A DNA stretch of 64,000 nucleotides from Phoronis australis (lineage: Eukaryota; Animalia; Phoronida), in assembly GCA_002633005.1 (NCBI GenBank), contig NMRA01000006.1:604414-668413 (forward strand). The letters run 5' to 3'. The stretch's first letter is position 1. Each line of letters begins with the position of its first letter. The position numbers and the translations under genes were made by a program. The notes beneath the pieces were generated by a model. That model was not told where the DNA came from and ran no database searches. It saw only the letters and a program-made list of their open reading frames with translations. Positions 13,401 through 23,850 of the stretch are shown in pieces.

Positions 13401-15489
13401 TTGAGTTGGTGTACTGTTCGCCATAAGTAGGAAGCAGTAGATGAGCACAGGCTAGCTAGGGTTAGTGGCTTTCTGATGTTGGGTGTGTAATCAACCACAG
13501 ACAATGAGGTGCGAGAATTTTGCCCTCAAATTTACCAGCACCGAGTGCGGAATGTGCTTGGAAAAGCTTTTTACAGAAGAGGCCGCTGTTTCAAAGAATA
13601 TTGAAAAAGCTAAGTTTTGTTATCTGCAGAATACGAAATCCTAAGAAATAGCAAGACTGTGTGTGTTTTTGAGAATCAGTTGACCATTGAAATATTTTTA
13701 GTTTACATTTAGTCTCAGACTGCATAAAACAGCAAGTTTTTTTGAATACAGGTGAGCCGGGGCTTCTCATCACCAAGGTAACGAAGATATCACCTTTTGA
13801 TGGATACCATGGAACCAGAGCCAATGAGTTAAACTCCAAGAAACTGTTGAAGCATGCTTTTGGCGACAGCGACGACCTCTATTTCAACTTTGGTGACCTT
13901 CTCTACTGTGATGATAGATACAATTTATACTTTGCTGACCGGACTGGTGACACTTTCAGGTCATTCAAGGTTGAATCTTAGCAACTATAAACTGGCCTTC
14001 TGTCAAAAGATCTGAAAGTTTATTTATCCCACTCACCTTTATAAAATAGGGCTTAGATTATTTTTTACTCCGATTAGATGGGATTCGGAGGCTTGTTGAG
14101 AAATGACAGTTTGTTATTGCTGAGGGCCACTCTCAACAACTTTCCTTGATCCCGACGTATCATTTGATTCGCTGAGCCCGACGTCGAGTAGCAGTGAAGT
14201 GCATGCCAAGACTTGTACGGTGATACTTGGCTTACCTCAAAATCCAACTGCTGCCTTGTGGTTTGTTAGTTGGCCCAATTATGTTGTACACCGAGCAGAA
14301 TTAATGAATATCATATTCTTTCAACATTAAACAAATGTTTTAGGTCGTAAAAGTCACATTTCTTGTCTATTTTTCAAAATTCAAAAACCTATTCATGTGT
14401 GCTTTTCACAAACTATTCAAATAATTATGCTGTTTACAAACTTTTAAAACGAAAATTTAAAAATACTATTGGTGGTCTCATTATCTAGAGAACAATAACA
14501 TCAGCTGTTGAAGTGATCCACAACAGCATGATGTCTGATCTGAACCGGCAAATTCTAAGGTGCACAAATCAGCGGAGTTGCCCAATATTGACCAGTGGCC
14601 CAATATTGACCAGTGGCCCAATATTGACCAGTGGCCCAATATTGACCAGTTAGGGTGTCAGCATAGTATTCTTTTCGTGGTCAACAGTTGACCAACAAAT
14701 CACTTATCACCCGTTAAAGGAACAGTTTGTGTAACAGTGAGTGGCCCAAATCAAGATGTGTTTGACTTTTGACTGACGGCAGGTTTGTGATTGCTTTTAA
14801 AGGTTACTGAACCTGTTTTGGTTCCTGAGATAAAGTGCAGTACATGTACTTGCTATTATGCCATGAGAGATATGTGTGTTAATACTCAAATGTCACAATC
14901 TTAGGACATTTTGTATTGCTGTTGTTGTTTCATGGTTACATAATATGCTGTTGATTTTTTTATGAAGCGTCGTGAAAATGAGATCCATTATTTGTTAGGT
15001 TAACAAAGACGCCAACTTTTACAAAGTTCTTTATGAGGTATTATGCTCGTAACGTTCTTGACTACACCCTGTCTTAATGTCGACATACTAGTTCTGATAA
15101 GCTCCTGTAGCAGGCAATTGTTGTTTTCATTTTTTCTTCATTTTGCTCGCGAATGTTGTGTTCAGTTTACCATACATTCCACAGCAAGTTTTTGTAATAT
15201 GTAAGAGAATTTTGCAGAAGACATGTGGTACTTTTTGCACCAAATTTATTCAGTTACAGCGACTTGAAGTGGTTATCACGCCGATTCTCCAGACTATTTT
15301 CTGAGCAGGGAACACATGAGCGCCCCCTCTTGAGTTGAATCAAAGGCTTGTTGTGCCTTTACATTACTTTACCTCGGTGCACTTTTTTCAGGTGGAAGTC
15401 AGAAAATGTGTCTACCACGGAAGTTGCCAGTAGTTTATGCCTTGTGGACTGGATAAGAAATGTTGCTGTTTACGGAGTCTCCGTGCCTG
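1077..15489 (+). CDS. SLC27A: SLC27/FATP-family (very-)long-chain fatty acyl-CoA synthetase / fatty acid transport protein, spliced, 3' end not found
   Basis: Nine GT-AG exons join in frame: 1077-1425, 2227-2337, 3442-3669, 7089-7250, 7772-7896, 10048-10242, 12836-12929, 13752-13959, 15392-15489. Motifs: N-terminal [15 protein letters not shown] (AMP-binding), [22 protein letters not shown], GNGLRx[31 protein letters not shown] (FATP signature). Paralog within SLC27 not assignable by eye. Confidence 0.93.
1633..1807. mobile_element. MITE (TTGACCTATCAC TIR), copy 1
   Basis: TTGACCTATCAC...GTGATAGATCAA ends; highly similar copy at 3935-4113. Confidence 0.75.
2227..2337 (+). CDS. SLC27A: FATP coding exon 2
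   Basis: tcgcag|GT...; [24 protein letters not shown]; G|gtaagt. Confidence 0.92.
3442..3669 (+). CDS. SLC27A: FATP coding exon 3
   Basis: ttgtag|AT; ends YIFTSGTTG|gtagct. Confidence 0.92.
3935..4113. mobile_element. MITE (TTGACCTATCAC TIR), copy 2
   Basis: TTGACCTGTCAC...GTGATAGGTCAA, flanked by GTA on both sides. Confidence 0.75.
4882..5253. other. assembly gap (N run)
   Basis: run of N; followed by (GCCCT)n microsatellite 5254-5285. Confidence 1.
6070..6800. mobile_element. HINE/DINE-1-like non-autonomous repeat, degenerate
   Basis: Repeated blocks (ATGAA-TTTGGC, CTATTGAGGAGAGCAC, TAGTGGCAA) related to 8431-9670; 3' hairpin GTAGT-GCCAATGG-ACTAC. Confidence 0.45.
7089..7250 (+). CDS. 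SLC27A: FATP coding exon 4
   Basis: tttcag|GC; GLSKP...[14 protein letters not shown]; G|gtgagt. Confidence 0.93.
7772..7896 (+). CDS. SLC27A: FATP coding exon 5
   Basis: tttaag|GT; [19 protein letters not shown]...[14 protein letters not shown]|gtatct. Confidence 0.93.
8431..9670 (+). mobile_element. HINE/DINE-1 (Helentron-associated)-like element with internal ~150-bp tandem units
   Basis: Starts TTATTATGGGCCCAC with matching sub-terminal inverted GTGGGTACAT near the 3' end, 3' hairpin AACGC-TC-GCGTT then T-rich tail; 8720-8960 is duplicated at 9150-9385. Confidence 0.6.
10048..10242 (+). CDS. SLC27A: FATP coding exon 6
   Basis: tttcag|AAT; [11 protein letters not shown]...EFFAASEGN...GSVGR; 195 nt; |gttggt. 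Confidence 0.93.
10255..11120. repeat. degenerate interspersed repeat with internal repeated units (HINE-like)
   Basis: Recurring TTTTGGCCCGTTT and TATTTTCCTGACTTTGGCC blocks; 3' hairpin CGAG-TGTAATG-CTCG. Confidence 0.4.
12836..12929 (+). CDS. SLC27A: FATP coding exon 7
   Basis: tttcag|AGT (alternative in-frame acceptor gives start 12848); LVKYD...[10 protein letters not shown]; G|gtgtgt. Confidence 0.9.
13752..13959 (+). CDS. SLC27A: FATP coding exon 8
   Basis: atacag|GT; GEPGLL...FDGY...FGDLL...[11 protein letters not shown]; AG|gtcatt. Confidence 0.93.
14580..14650. repeat. 18-bp tandem repeat x4
   Basis: unit CCCAATATTGACCAGTGG. Confidence 0.95.
15392..15489 (+). CDS. SLC27A: FATP coding exon 9
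   Basis: tttcag|G; [12 protein letters not shown]...VYGVSVP G|gtaaag. Confidence 0.92.
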
Positions 15490-16912
15490 GTAAAGTATCA
15501 TAGCTGAGCGGGCATTGCTGGTGTTTTTACGGGTAGTGAAAACCCGATGCGTGCGCATTCCAGGGATCTGTTTTGTGGAAAGTGGCTTGTGGCAGAAACT
15601 CGTACTTGCACTCCCACATCACAACTGTGAAATAAAAGTTGAATCGAGTGGTTTGAGCATGTTGTAGTAAAGAGATATTATTAATCTCAGTAACTGGAAG
15701 TTATGTGTAATCCCAGAGAATTTTTGATCAAGTGAGGCGTACCATTTTTCACAGTCGTGAGGAGCGTAAGACCAAATTTCTGACTTAAGTCTTTGGTCAC
15801 TTTTCATCACTGAAACAGACCCCAGGGCTGACATTCGTGGGAATCAATGCTTCACATAATGCTCACTACCAGTTGACAGGGGATAGATGCTACCTCGGTT
15901 ATTTGGATCTATGGCTGCACTTGAATGACTTTTGTGGGTATATCCGGTCAACCATGTAACACAATATGTGATTGGTTCTAAATAATAGCCTCCACCTTTA
16001 AAACCAATCAGATATCGTAGCCAATTTACCCATCTACACATCAAGTGAAGTCAATCAAATGCACCTATGATAAACTGAACTTGTTGATGAAATGCTAGTT
16101 TTGAGTGATCTTTATGCATACGTGCATTTAGGGGACCCAGGGAGCTCTCGCCCTCTCTCCCACCCACCAGCACGACAAAAAATGCTGCTGACAGGCCGTT
16201 TTTAGGGGATACATGACATTTTCCTTCAAATATTGTGGCCAAACCCCCCTTACAACATCCTACATCCACTAGTGCTATAGTTTGTATATTTACGTCTGCT
16301 GCCGTTGCTTTGGATGATTGTTATACCACAGTTCTCTGGGGATACGACGCCTCGCGCTTTCTGTAAAAATGTCAATGTTTGAGATAGGTTGAGATCAAGA
16401 GAGGGTCTATGGGTGTAGACAGCCTTGTCTCAACACTTAACATGGGATTTGGTGGAGGACTCATTGAACCTCCATGTTTGTCCAACATAAGACCTCTCAC
16501 TGCTTAATCCTGAATCCATGCCAGCGATCTGTTCTAACTTGCAGTTTTCTTTCTTTAGTATGGCCATTAAAATAGTACCTTTGGTATAGATCACTTTCCA
16601 CTATTTATGAAAGTTGATAGTTAATTTCTAGATTTTGAAAAACTGAGAAGTTTCAGAGCTGGCCTTGACGCAGCGTGTTTTGTTAAGAGCGGGGTATGAC
16701 ATGAATCTTTCCAAGTTCAGTAACTACTGCTAATCAGAGTGTGGAACAAAATTTATTGAGTTCAGTTGTACATCAGTAACTGGTCTAGATCAAAACTTTC
16801 TTCAGTAGAACATGGGTATTGTTACGTACTGTCAGCTTTTTATACCATTGTTGTTGGACCATAAGGTACATTGCATGCGACACAAATCATAAATGTCTTC
16901 GTTAACCATTTC

Positions 16913-17130
16913 TGTGACTCAGTGGTTTGAGTCCAGACTCCTGTTTGGGAGTCCCAGTTTCGAATTGTGTATTTACTGGCCGACAGTCAAGCACTGCAGA
17001 AAGGTGTCTCTTACTCCATTGAGCTCAATCTTAGTAGTTAATGTATGCAAGGGAGTAAATGGGAACCTGGATGCAATTCAAAAGGGATTTCTTGGGGGTG
17101 TGCTCATATCAAAAAATGAATATAATTAAA
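16913..17130 (+). mobile_element. degenerate tRNA-derived SINE
   Basis: A-box-like GTGACTCAGTGG, B-box-like GTTTCGAAT, body motif GTAAATGGGAACCTG typical of invertebrate SINE cores. Confidence 0.45.
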
Positions 17131-17384
17131 TTTCCTGTATTGGCGAGCTATTCTTCTGAAATCTCTTGGCAGAGTATCTTCTCAGCCTTGTCCATGAAAG
17201 CATCTCTATCTCATTGAAACTGCTTCTTTTCTTGCTGAAGGTGGTACCAAAAATTAAAGAGCCTCCATTGAGATTCCTAATTGCTTGCTGGTCTTAAATT
17301 CCTGTTGTATTTAAATGCACTGGTTGACAGTTTCAAAAACTAGTTGAAAATCGCTTGGCTTTATAAGCTCTGTGAACGCTGGGA

Positions 17385-17482
17385 TTATTATCACCATCAT
17401 CATCATTATTGTCATCATCATAATCATCATCATCACCACCATCATCACCATCACCATCATCATCCTCACCATCATCACCATC
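17385..17482. repeat. (CAT/CAC)n microsatellite
   Basis: imperfect ATC trinucleotide run abutting the gap. Confidence 0.95.
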
Positions 17483-18233
17483 NNNNNNNNNNNNNNNNNN
17501 NNNNNNNNNNNNNNNNNNNNNNNNNNNNNNNNNNNNNNNNNNNNNNNNNNNNNNNNNNNNNNNNNNNNNNNNNNNNNNNNNNNNNNNNNNNNNNNNNNNN
17601 NNNNNNNNNNNNNNNNNNNNNNNNNNNNNNNNNNNNNNNNNNNNNNNNNNNNNNNNNNNNNNNNNNNNNNNNNNNNNNNNNNNNNNNNNNNNNNNNNNNN
17701 NNNNNNNNNNNNNNNNNNNNNNNNNNNNNNNNNNNNNNNNNNNNNNNNNNNNNNNNNNNNNNNNNNNNNNNNNNNNNNNNNNNNNNNNNNNNNNNNNNNN
17801 NNNNNNNNNNNNNNNNNNNNNNNNNNNNNNNNNNNNNNNNNNNNNNNNNNNNNNNNNNNNNNNNNNNNNNNNNNNNNNNNNNNNNNNNNNNNNNNNNNNN
17901 NNNNNNNNNNNNNNNNNNNNNNNNNNNNNNNNNNNNNNNNNNNNNNNNNNNNNNNNNNNNNNNNNNNNNNNNNNNNNNNNNNNNNNNNNNNNNNNNNNNN
18001 NNNNNNNNNNNNNNNNNNNNNNNNNNNNNNNNNNNNNNNNNNNNNNNNNNNNNNNNNNNNNNNNNNNNNNNNNNNNNNNNNNNNNNNNNNNNNNNNNNNN
18101 NNNNNNNNNNNNNNNNNNNNNNNNNNNNNNNNNNNNNNNNNNNNNNNNNNNNNNNNNNNNNNNNNNNNNNNNNNNNNNNNNNNNNNNNNNNNNNNNNNNN
18201 NNNNNNNNNNNNNNNNNNNNNNNNNNNNNNNNN
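17483..18233. other. assembly gap (N run)
   Basis: run of N. Confidence 1.
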
Positions 18234-18819
18234 AGTGATTAATTCTAGTTGGTTTAACCCAAGTCATATTTTCAGAGATAATCTTCTATATTCTAGTGGT
18301 TGTGTCAAAGACTTAATGTGTCCCTGGGTGGGGATTGGCCAGTACATGAGTGGATTTTATGATATGCATTAATTGATAGGGACTAGTACATTTTATAGTT
18401 ACTTTACAAATTATGGAAGTAGCCAAATCAATGGTGCTAATGGTATTTCCTAACAATGTTTTAACATCTTAAAAGATGTACAAGATTGATACATGAAAGC
18501 AATTCCATGTTCATAGAGTAAAATTACAAAATATTTTGTAAAGTGTCTTGGGATCTAAATAACCTTTTATGTTTTCTTGTCCTAGAAATATGTCTGAATT
18601 TTGTAGGATTTTGTATTATAATGGTGACCTGGTCATCTCTTAGGGAGTTTTACAAAGGACAATTAACTGTTATTACATTTTATGTGAATTCTACAGTTTC
18701 TAAATTACAGCATAAATTTAAATACTATTTCTTCAAGTAGTGTATTTACATGTCGCCCCTTACCATGTATAATGGGACTATATCTACATGTAGTTCTGCT
18801 AACCATGACTGTTTAAGCT

Positions 18820-18872
18820 TGCCTGCCTGTCTGTGTGCGTGCGTGCGTGCCTGCGTGCGTGCCTGCGTGCGT
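18820..18872. repeat. (GCGT/GCCT)n tetranucleotide microsatellite
   Basis: direct reading. Confidence 0.9.
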
Positions 18873-19421
18873 GGTTGATGAGATTGGATTAACTTGTAAG
18901 ACAATTTAAGTTGTAGTCATAGTAACATTCCCTACATGAAGTTTTATATTTTTTTAACGGATACCACACCCGGTTTTGGGATACTAACAGAGTATTGAAA
19001 ACGGCTTTCCCATCCACATCTTTGAAACAAAATAGTGCTCTGTAACCCTCGACAACCCTAAAACCTTTGGAGGGAAATTCGAAAACTCCTTTCAAAGTCT
19101 GCTAAACATGCAATACTTGATTCTTGTCTGTAACTTGCAAGGTTGACGCCAATGATACATTTGCAGGTGACAGAACGAGGATAGGTTAAAATCGTCATAA
19201 CATGGTTTGGTATCCTTTTAAGTAATTAAGGAGTTTTAACAAAATTATAAAGTCCTCATGTGTAATAATATGGTAATTTTATTTGTTTTTGATTAATTAA
19301 AAGCGTTTTAGCACAAATAGGGGTGCATGTATGTGCAGACTAGAATTTTCCTGTTTTTTTTTCTTTTATAGGGTACTAGGTCATCAAAAGACGATTTTAT
19401 TACAATTAAGAGATAAACCAG

Positions 19422-19946
19422 GGCTCGGTGCCTCAGTAATTTCAGACTCAAACTTATACTCAAAATCTCATTTTGTACTCGCATCGAGTACCGGCAAACT
19501 CGAAATAGGCGTGTCGAATGTCTGAGATTCGAATTTTTTTATTCTATTTTGGAGTAAACATTCAAAATTTCGAGTTTGCTATGCTAGCGTACTTGAAATT
19601 GCAATCCATGATAATGAAAAAATGGCTGAAACAGTACATGAGAAATCGAGGTCGGGAACGGGCAGCTGCCAGGATCTGCAAACCGTTTGTTCAATGATCG
19701 CGAAAAATCCCTGGAAAGTCCGAGACGCGAGGAAGTTTTTCGAAGACACGGTTTCCTCCCTGATACCATAGTTTTTATCTTGGAACCACAACAAAAACAT
19801 CGCTATCTCCAATGTATATATGTCTTCTTACCCAGTGATTCGAAAATGAACATTAGGCACGCGTTTTCGAGCTTGAATTGAGTGAGACTGATTTCGAGTC
19901 GAAAAACTTGGAGTCTGAGTTCGAGTTTGACATAAGGCATCGGGCC
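19422..19946. mobile_element. PIF/Harbinger-type MITE
   Basis: cag|GGCTCGGTGCCT...AGGCATCGGGCC|cag: TIR with 3-bp CAG target duplication; internal AACTCGA/TCGAGTT repeats. Confidence 0.75.
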
Positions 19947-21136
19947 CAGGTGTTCTCTGACTCATTATGCTCCACGTGCATCAATCTCTCACGTGATAAC
20001 CCAAATATACACTTGATCGGGTGCACCGACTCGTACCCAAACCGGAAATTTTGCTAAAACTTGTATTATCGGTATGGCTGCGTATATAGTACCTTAAACT
20101 TGCATCAGTTTGATGTAAAGAAATGTATTTAATAAATGTCTGACAGAATTATACTCACTTGTTAACTCTAAGTTAAATCTGTAATTGTGAAAATTTTCAG
20201 ATGCGTGTGTGGTGTAAATTGGTCGTGTAGTCTTCTACGTCAGCTGTGGTAGTCGATTGCATTCGGTGTTTGATGTCACACTAGTTGCCAACATTTAAGA
20301 ATGGAAAAATATCTGGATTGAAAATGCAAGACATACGGATATAAGGCGGGACATTTTGGTCTGTGCCAAAACGCAGGGGTGAAATGTCCGTCATAATACC
20401 CGAAAACGCCCAATTATAGTGTTAAATTCCTTTTTTAGTCAAATGAGGAAAATGGTACTAAATCCGGTGGAAAATCACAATACTATACGACACTAAATCA
20501 TTTTCGTCATGTGTAAGAAATCGGAACGTTTAAATGCGTTGGCGGGCGCGGGATATCCCTTCAAAAAGCGGATCAGTACCACCGAAATTCGGACAGGTGA
20601 CAAGTACCCATTATTTAAAATGTCTTTATCCATCAATAGCCGTCAATTGGGTCTGTGTACGCCATCTTCTGATTCGTTGTGGGAGTTTTCTAATACTGAT
20701 GAGTTGTTTCAGGCACATATCGCGGGTTCTCGTGCACGAGGTTCTCGCATTGTTTAACTCTAGTTGTGTCCGCCTTTAAACAATCGTTCATGGCAAACGT
20801 AGACAAAAATAATTACTAATGTCTTTTTTTTCATTTCTCAAAGGCTTCTGACATTGTGAATTGCCTTTCTGTATATTCACGAGACATTGATACAACCAAA
20901 TTAGGGTCACTGCTCGAGGTGGTTCGCAACTGACGATGGGTGACTGAAAGCATGTTAGCATATGTTGAAAGTACAAAGCCCAATACACTGAAATTTCAAT
21001 GGCTACGCAGTTCTTATGCGCACATTGCATTCTGTAGACAAGGTAAAATACATGAAGAGCGTCCAGCGCCGTTGGATGCATGAATATTCATGCCATCATC
21101 GTACAATTTGCGGCTGCTTCAACGTATTTAGCGACA

Positions 21137-21358
21137 TCACTTTTCGGGAACACTGGCTTCCTCGTCGATTGTTGGCCTTTCTCGACATACATGTAGATGC
21201 TGCCTTTTAAATCTCTCGCTGAACTCATAGTTCGTCACAAAGTTATACTTCCTATAATAACAAAACAGTACCAGGCCGACTATTGCTAAGATAATTAGCA
21301 GATAACCCGCAACGGAGAGTGCCCCTGTCATAATTGCACAAAAGTGGACGTACCACAT
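21137..21358 (-). CDS. putative 73-aa single-pass membrane microprotein
   Basis: agtATG start; hydrophobic ALSVAGYLLIILAIVGLVLFC followed by YYRK stop-transfer and a charged tail; TATA-like TATATACATATA upstream; no known family recognised. Confidence 0.5.
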   Translation of the reverse strand: MWYVHFCAIMTGALSVAGYLLIILAIVGLVLFCYYRKYNFVTNYEFSERFKRQHLHVCRERPTIDEEASVPEK

Positions 21359-21465
21359 ACTAACTCAATCCATCAATATATATGTATATAGGTGGCACTG
21401 ATTGTTTGAAATTTGCAAAGAGCTCTTTTACATGTGAGCAAGATTCAACTATGGTCGCGTGCTGG

Positions 21466-21473
21466 TGACGTCA
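21466..21473. promoter_or_regulatory. perfect CRE (TGACGTCA) between divergent small ORFs
   Basis: palindrome in the 348-bp interval between the ATGs at 21358(-) and 21707(+); function inferred. Confidence 0.35.
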
Positions 21474-21706
21474 GATCTCCGTAAAAGCATTCATCAGCTT
21501 AGAGAACCCTCGAGGCGAGAGTCGCAAGGTTTAGCTTCACTATCTGCAACGAAGTTTGTCCCCATAATTTGCACACTAGTGTGAAAATATCCGATGCACT
21601 GGATCTTGAACGAAATGTTTGCAAAAGTTCACTGTTGAGAGAAAAGAAAAATCGGCGCGATAGGTTCAAGGTTGCGACAAACGGAAATGGGAGAAGCTTC
21701 GACAAT

Positions 21707-21946
21707 ATGTTCATCACAACTGCAATTACAAAGGCGGTCCTGTACTCCATGATTGTGGCCGTTTTAATCTTGTTTTTCTACGCTATCATCTGCTTTTGCG
21801 GTATGCCCATCACAATAGAAAACGTCAAGAACGTGTTAAACAAGTACGACCCTGAGACACCGTCATCGAAACCGCCCGTGGATGACGAGAACTTGGGTGA
21901 GGATGCTGAGGATTACGATGGGGACGACGGATACGACTATTACTAA
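21707..21946 (+). CDS. putative 79-aa single-pass membrane microprotein with acidic Tyr-rich tail
   Basis: First ATG (aatATG) of ORF 21569-21946; TM AVLYSMIVAVLILFFYAIICFC; tail DDENLGEDAEDYDGDDGYDYY; coding-like composition. Confidence 0.55.
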   Translation: MFITTAITKAVLYSMIVAVLILFFYAIICFCGMPITIENVKNVLNKYDPETPSSKPPVDDENLGEDAEDYDGDDGYDYY

Positions 21947-22536
21947 ATCATGCACCTGAGGGTAATGACCTCGGTAATGATTATTATCAGTGGAAAATAT
22001 CTGTTTCCATTAATGTGAAATTCTTGTAGTAGCCTACATGCCTCACATTGAGGTAAGCGTGGAATCGTCACTGGTTCCTTGGATATGCACTGTATGTGCA
22101 ACGTTGCAGTTTCTAATCAGAATTATTTCAGTTAACGTCTTTCAAAAGTGTGTGTTTCACTTACGTACACAGTATTCGATTATCAGTGTTGGCTTTTTAT
22201 TTTACTGATTACAGACACGAGCGTCTAGAGTCCCAAACGGCACTGTTTCCGTTTGGGGGCGATTAGTTCGATAAATTCACAACTTCAACATGCAAAATCA
22301 AAATCAGCAAGTAAAATGAAGTTATTATAATTCCATTTACATGTATCTATCTTCATTTTGATGTGTTTGAAAATGTAGAAAAACATCATCATAAGATAGT
22401 AGGATGTCGGTTTTATTATAATTCACCTCATCACTAGTGTTTGATGTATTGTTAACCGTGAGGCTCCGGGTTTTCAGCTGAAATCCCGTAACTTACAGCA
22501 TTTAGATATGAATCAATAAAGTGAGTACTGCTACAG

Positions 22537-22753
22537 CTGTGGCAGATTTAAGGGGGGGGGGGGCAAGGGGGCCATGCCCCCCTAAAATTTCCCCATACTT
22601 CATCTGGAACTTCGGGGGTGTGAATGTCTGACAGGCAAAATCCTGGCTAATACTCTGCCCTGGCCAGTGTCGTAGTGGTAAAATTAGAGGTAGCCTAAGT
22701 AGGCGCAACTCTACCCTGCCCCCCCCCAACTCAAAATCCTGGATCTGCCCCTG
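22537..22753. mobile_element. G/C-tract MITE
   Basis: CTGTGGCAGATTTAAG...CTGGATCTGCCCCTG imperfect TIR, flanks TACAG/TACAC; related end at 4791-4830. Confidence 0.6.
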
Positions 22754-23702
22754 TACACTGCTATTTGCTGCGGTGTCTTTCCGTTGAACAAGATTTCCAA
22801 AACCGCGTAACCCTGACATGAGCGCTAAGGCATGTCGCGTTGTCGCCCATCTGTTACGTGTGACATTTCCGCTCTGTTTCTTGTCCCTGCATGTTGGCGT
22901 TGCTCGACTCGAAATGTATTTTTCACATTTTCGAAGCGTTCTGACTTCAGCGTGTTGATGGCACACTGTGAAAATCGTTAATGAGGCTTGCTTATCCGCG
23001 TAATATTGGGGATCCTTTCCGTTTATCAGTTGAAATTTTGCATGATACATTTTTACTCGTACACGCGCTCAAGATGGTGCCGGTGTGCGTTTTGGCCCTG
23101 TACTTGGCTAGCATGGAAGGCCCGGGTCAGTATACAGCACTATTCACCGCAGTTACGGCAACGCAAAAGCCAAACCTTAAAGAATTTTCGGGAGTACTAG
23201 TTCTATCGGGAATCAATCCCCTGAAAACCTTTTGCTTGCATGGGAAAGTTCTCTTAAAGTGTTCCGCAGTTGGACTAACAAGTGGTGTCTGAAGTTCATA
23301 TCATCAGTCAACCCTCCAAAATATATGCATATGATTAATACACATAGTTCACTGACCTTTATTACCACATTTTGGGGTATGAAAAGCAACCAACATATGA
23401 CAGCATAGCATAGTACTACAAGGGCGACGACCCCTTTCTTAATTGGCAGACTTTGAAGTTAGCAGAAATCAACCGGCACCACGAAGTTAACGCTAACAAG
23501 AGAATAAAGTAATGTACATAGCCATAAAACTTTATTGTTCCTCCAGTTCTATGGTGTGGCCCAGTGATCGAGAGAGGATCGATATTGACCTTGGGAGGCG
23601 ATAGGTTCCTTCAGGGGATCGATAAAAACCCGAGGGTCGATTTGATTTCATTAAGCCGATTAGCAGCTTTTGTCACTTCATTCGCGTGACGAAAACATAC
23701 AC

Positions 23703-23850
23703 CTGCCTCCCGTTCAGTAACGCTAGGACCTCGCTAAAAAGCAAGACTTCGCGAGATTACGTGAGATATTGCCGTGTATTTTAAATAAAAACACGTGACT
23801 TTGAATAGGTCCTAGCGGAGGTCCTATAGCGTCTACTGAACGCACGCCTG
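23703..23850 (+). mobile_element. ~150-bp MITE family A, copy 1
   Basis: CGTTCAGTAACGCTAGGACC...GGTCCTATAGCGTCTACTGAACG TIRs; core ACTTCGCGAGATTACGTGAGATATTGCC shared by four copies. Confidence 0.8.

Noticed and set aside
17344-17482. Poly-His, poly-Ile or poly-Met protein
   Set aside because: Translation of a (CAT)n microsatellite next to a gap
21569-21706. 46-aa N-terminal extension of the acidic microprotein
   Set aside because: Starts at TTG; the first ATG at 21707 has good context and matches the register of the 28054 paralog
22502-23292. 182-aa minus and 103-aa plus ORFs
   Set aside because: The minus ORF runs through a G/C-tract MITE; neither has a recognisable domain or splice support
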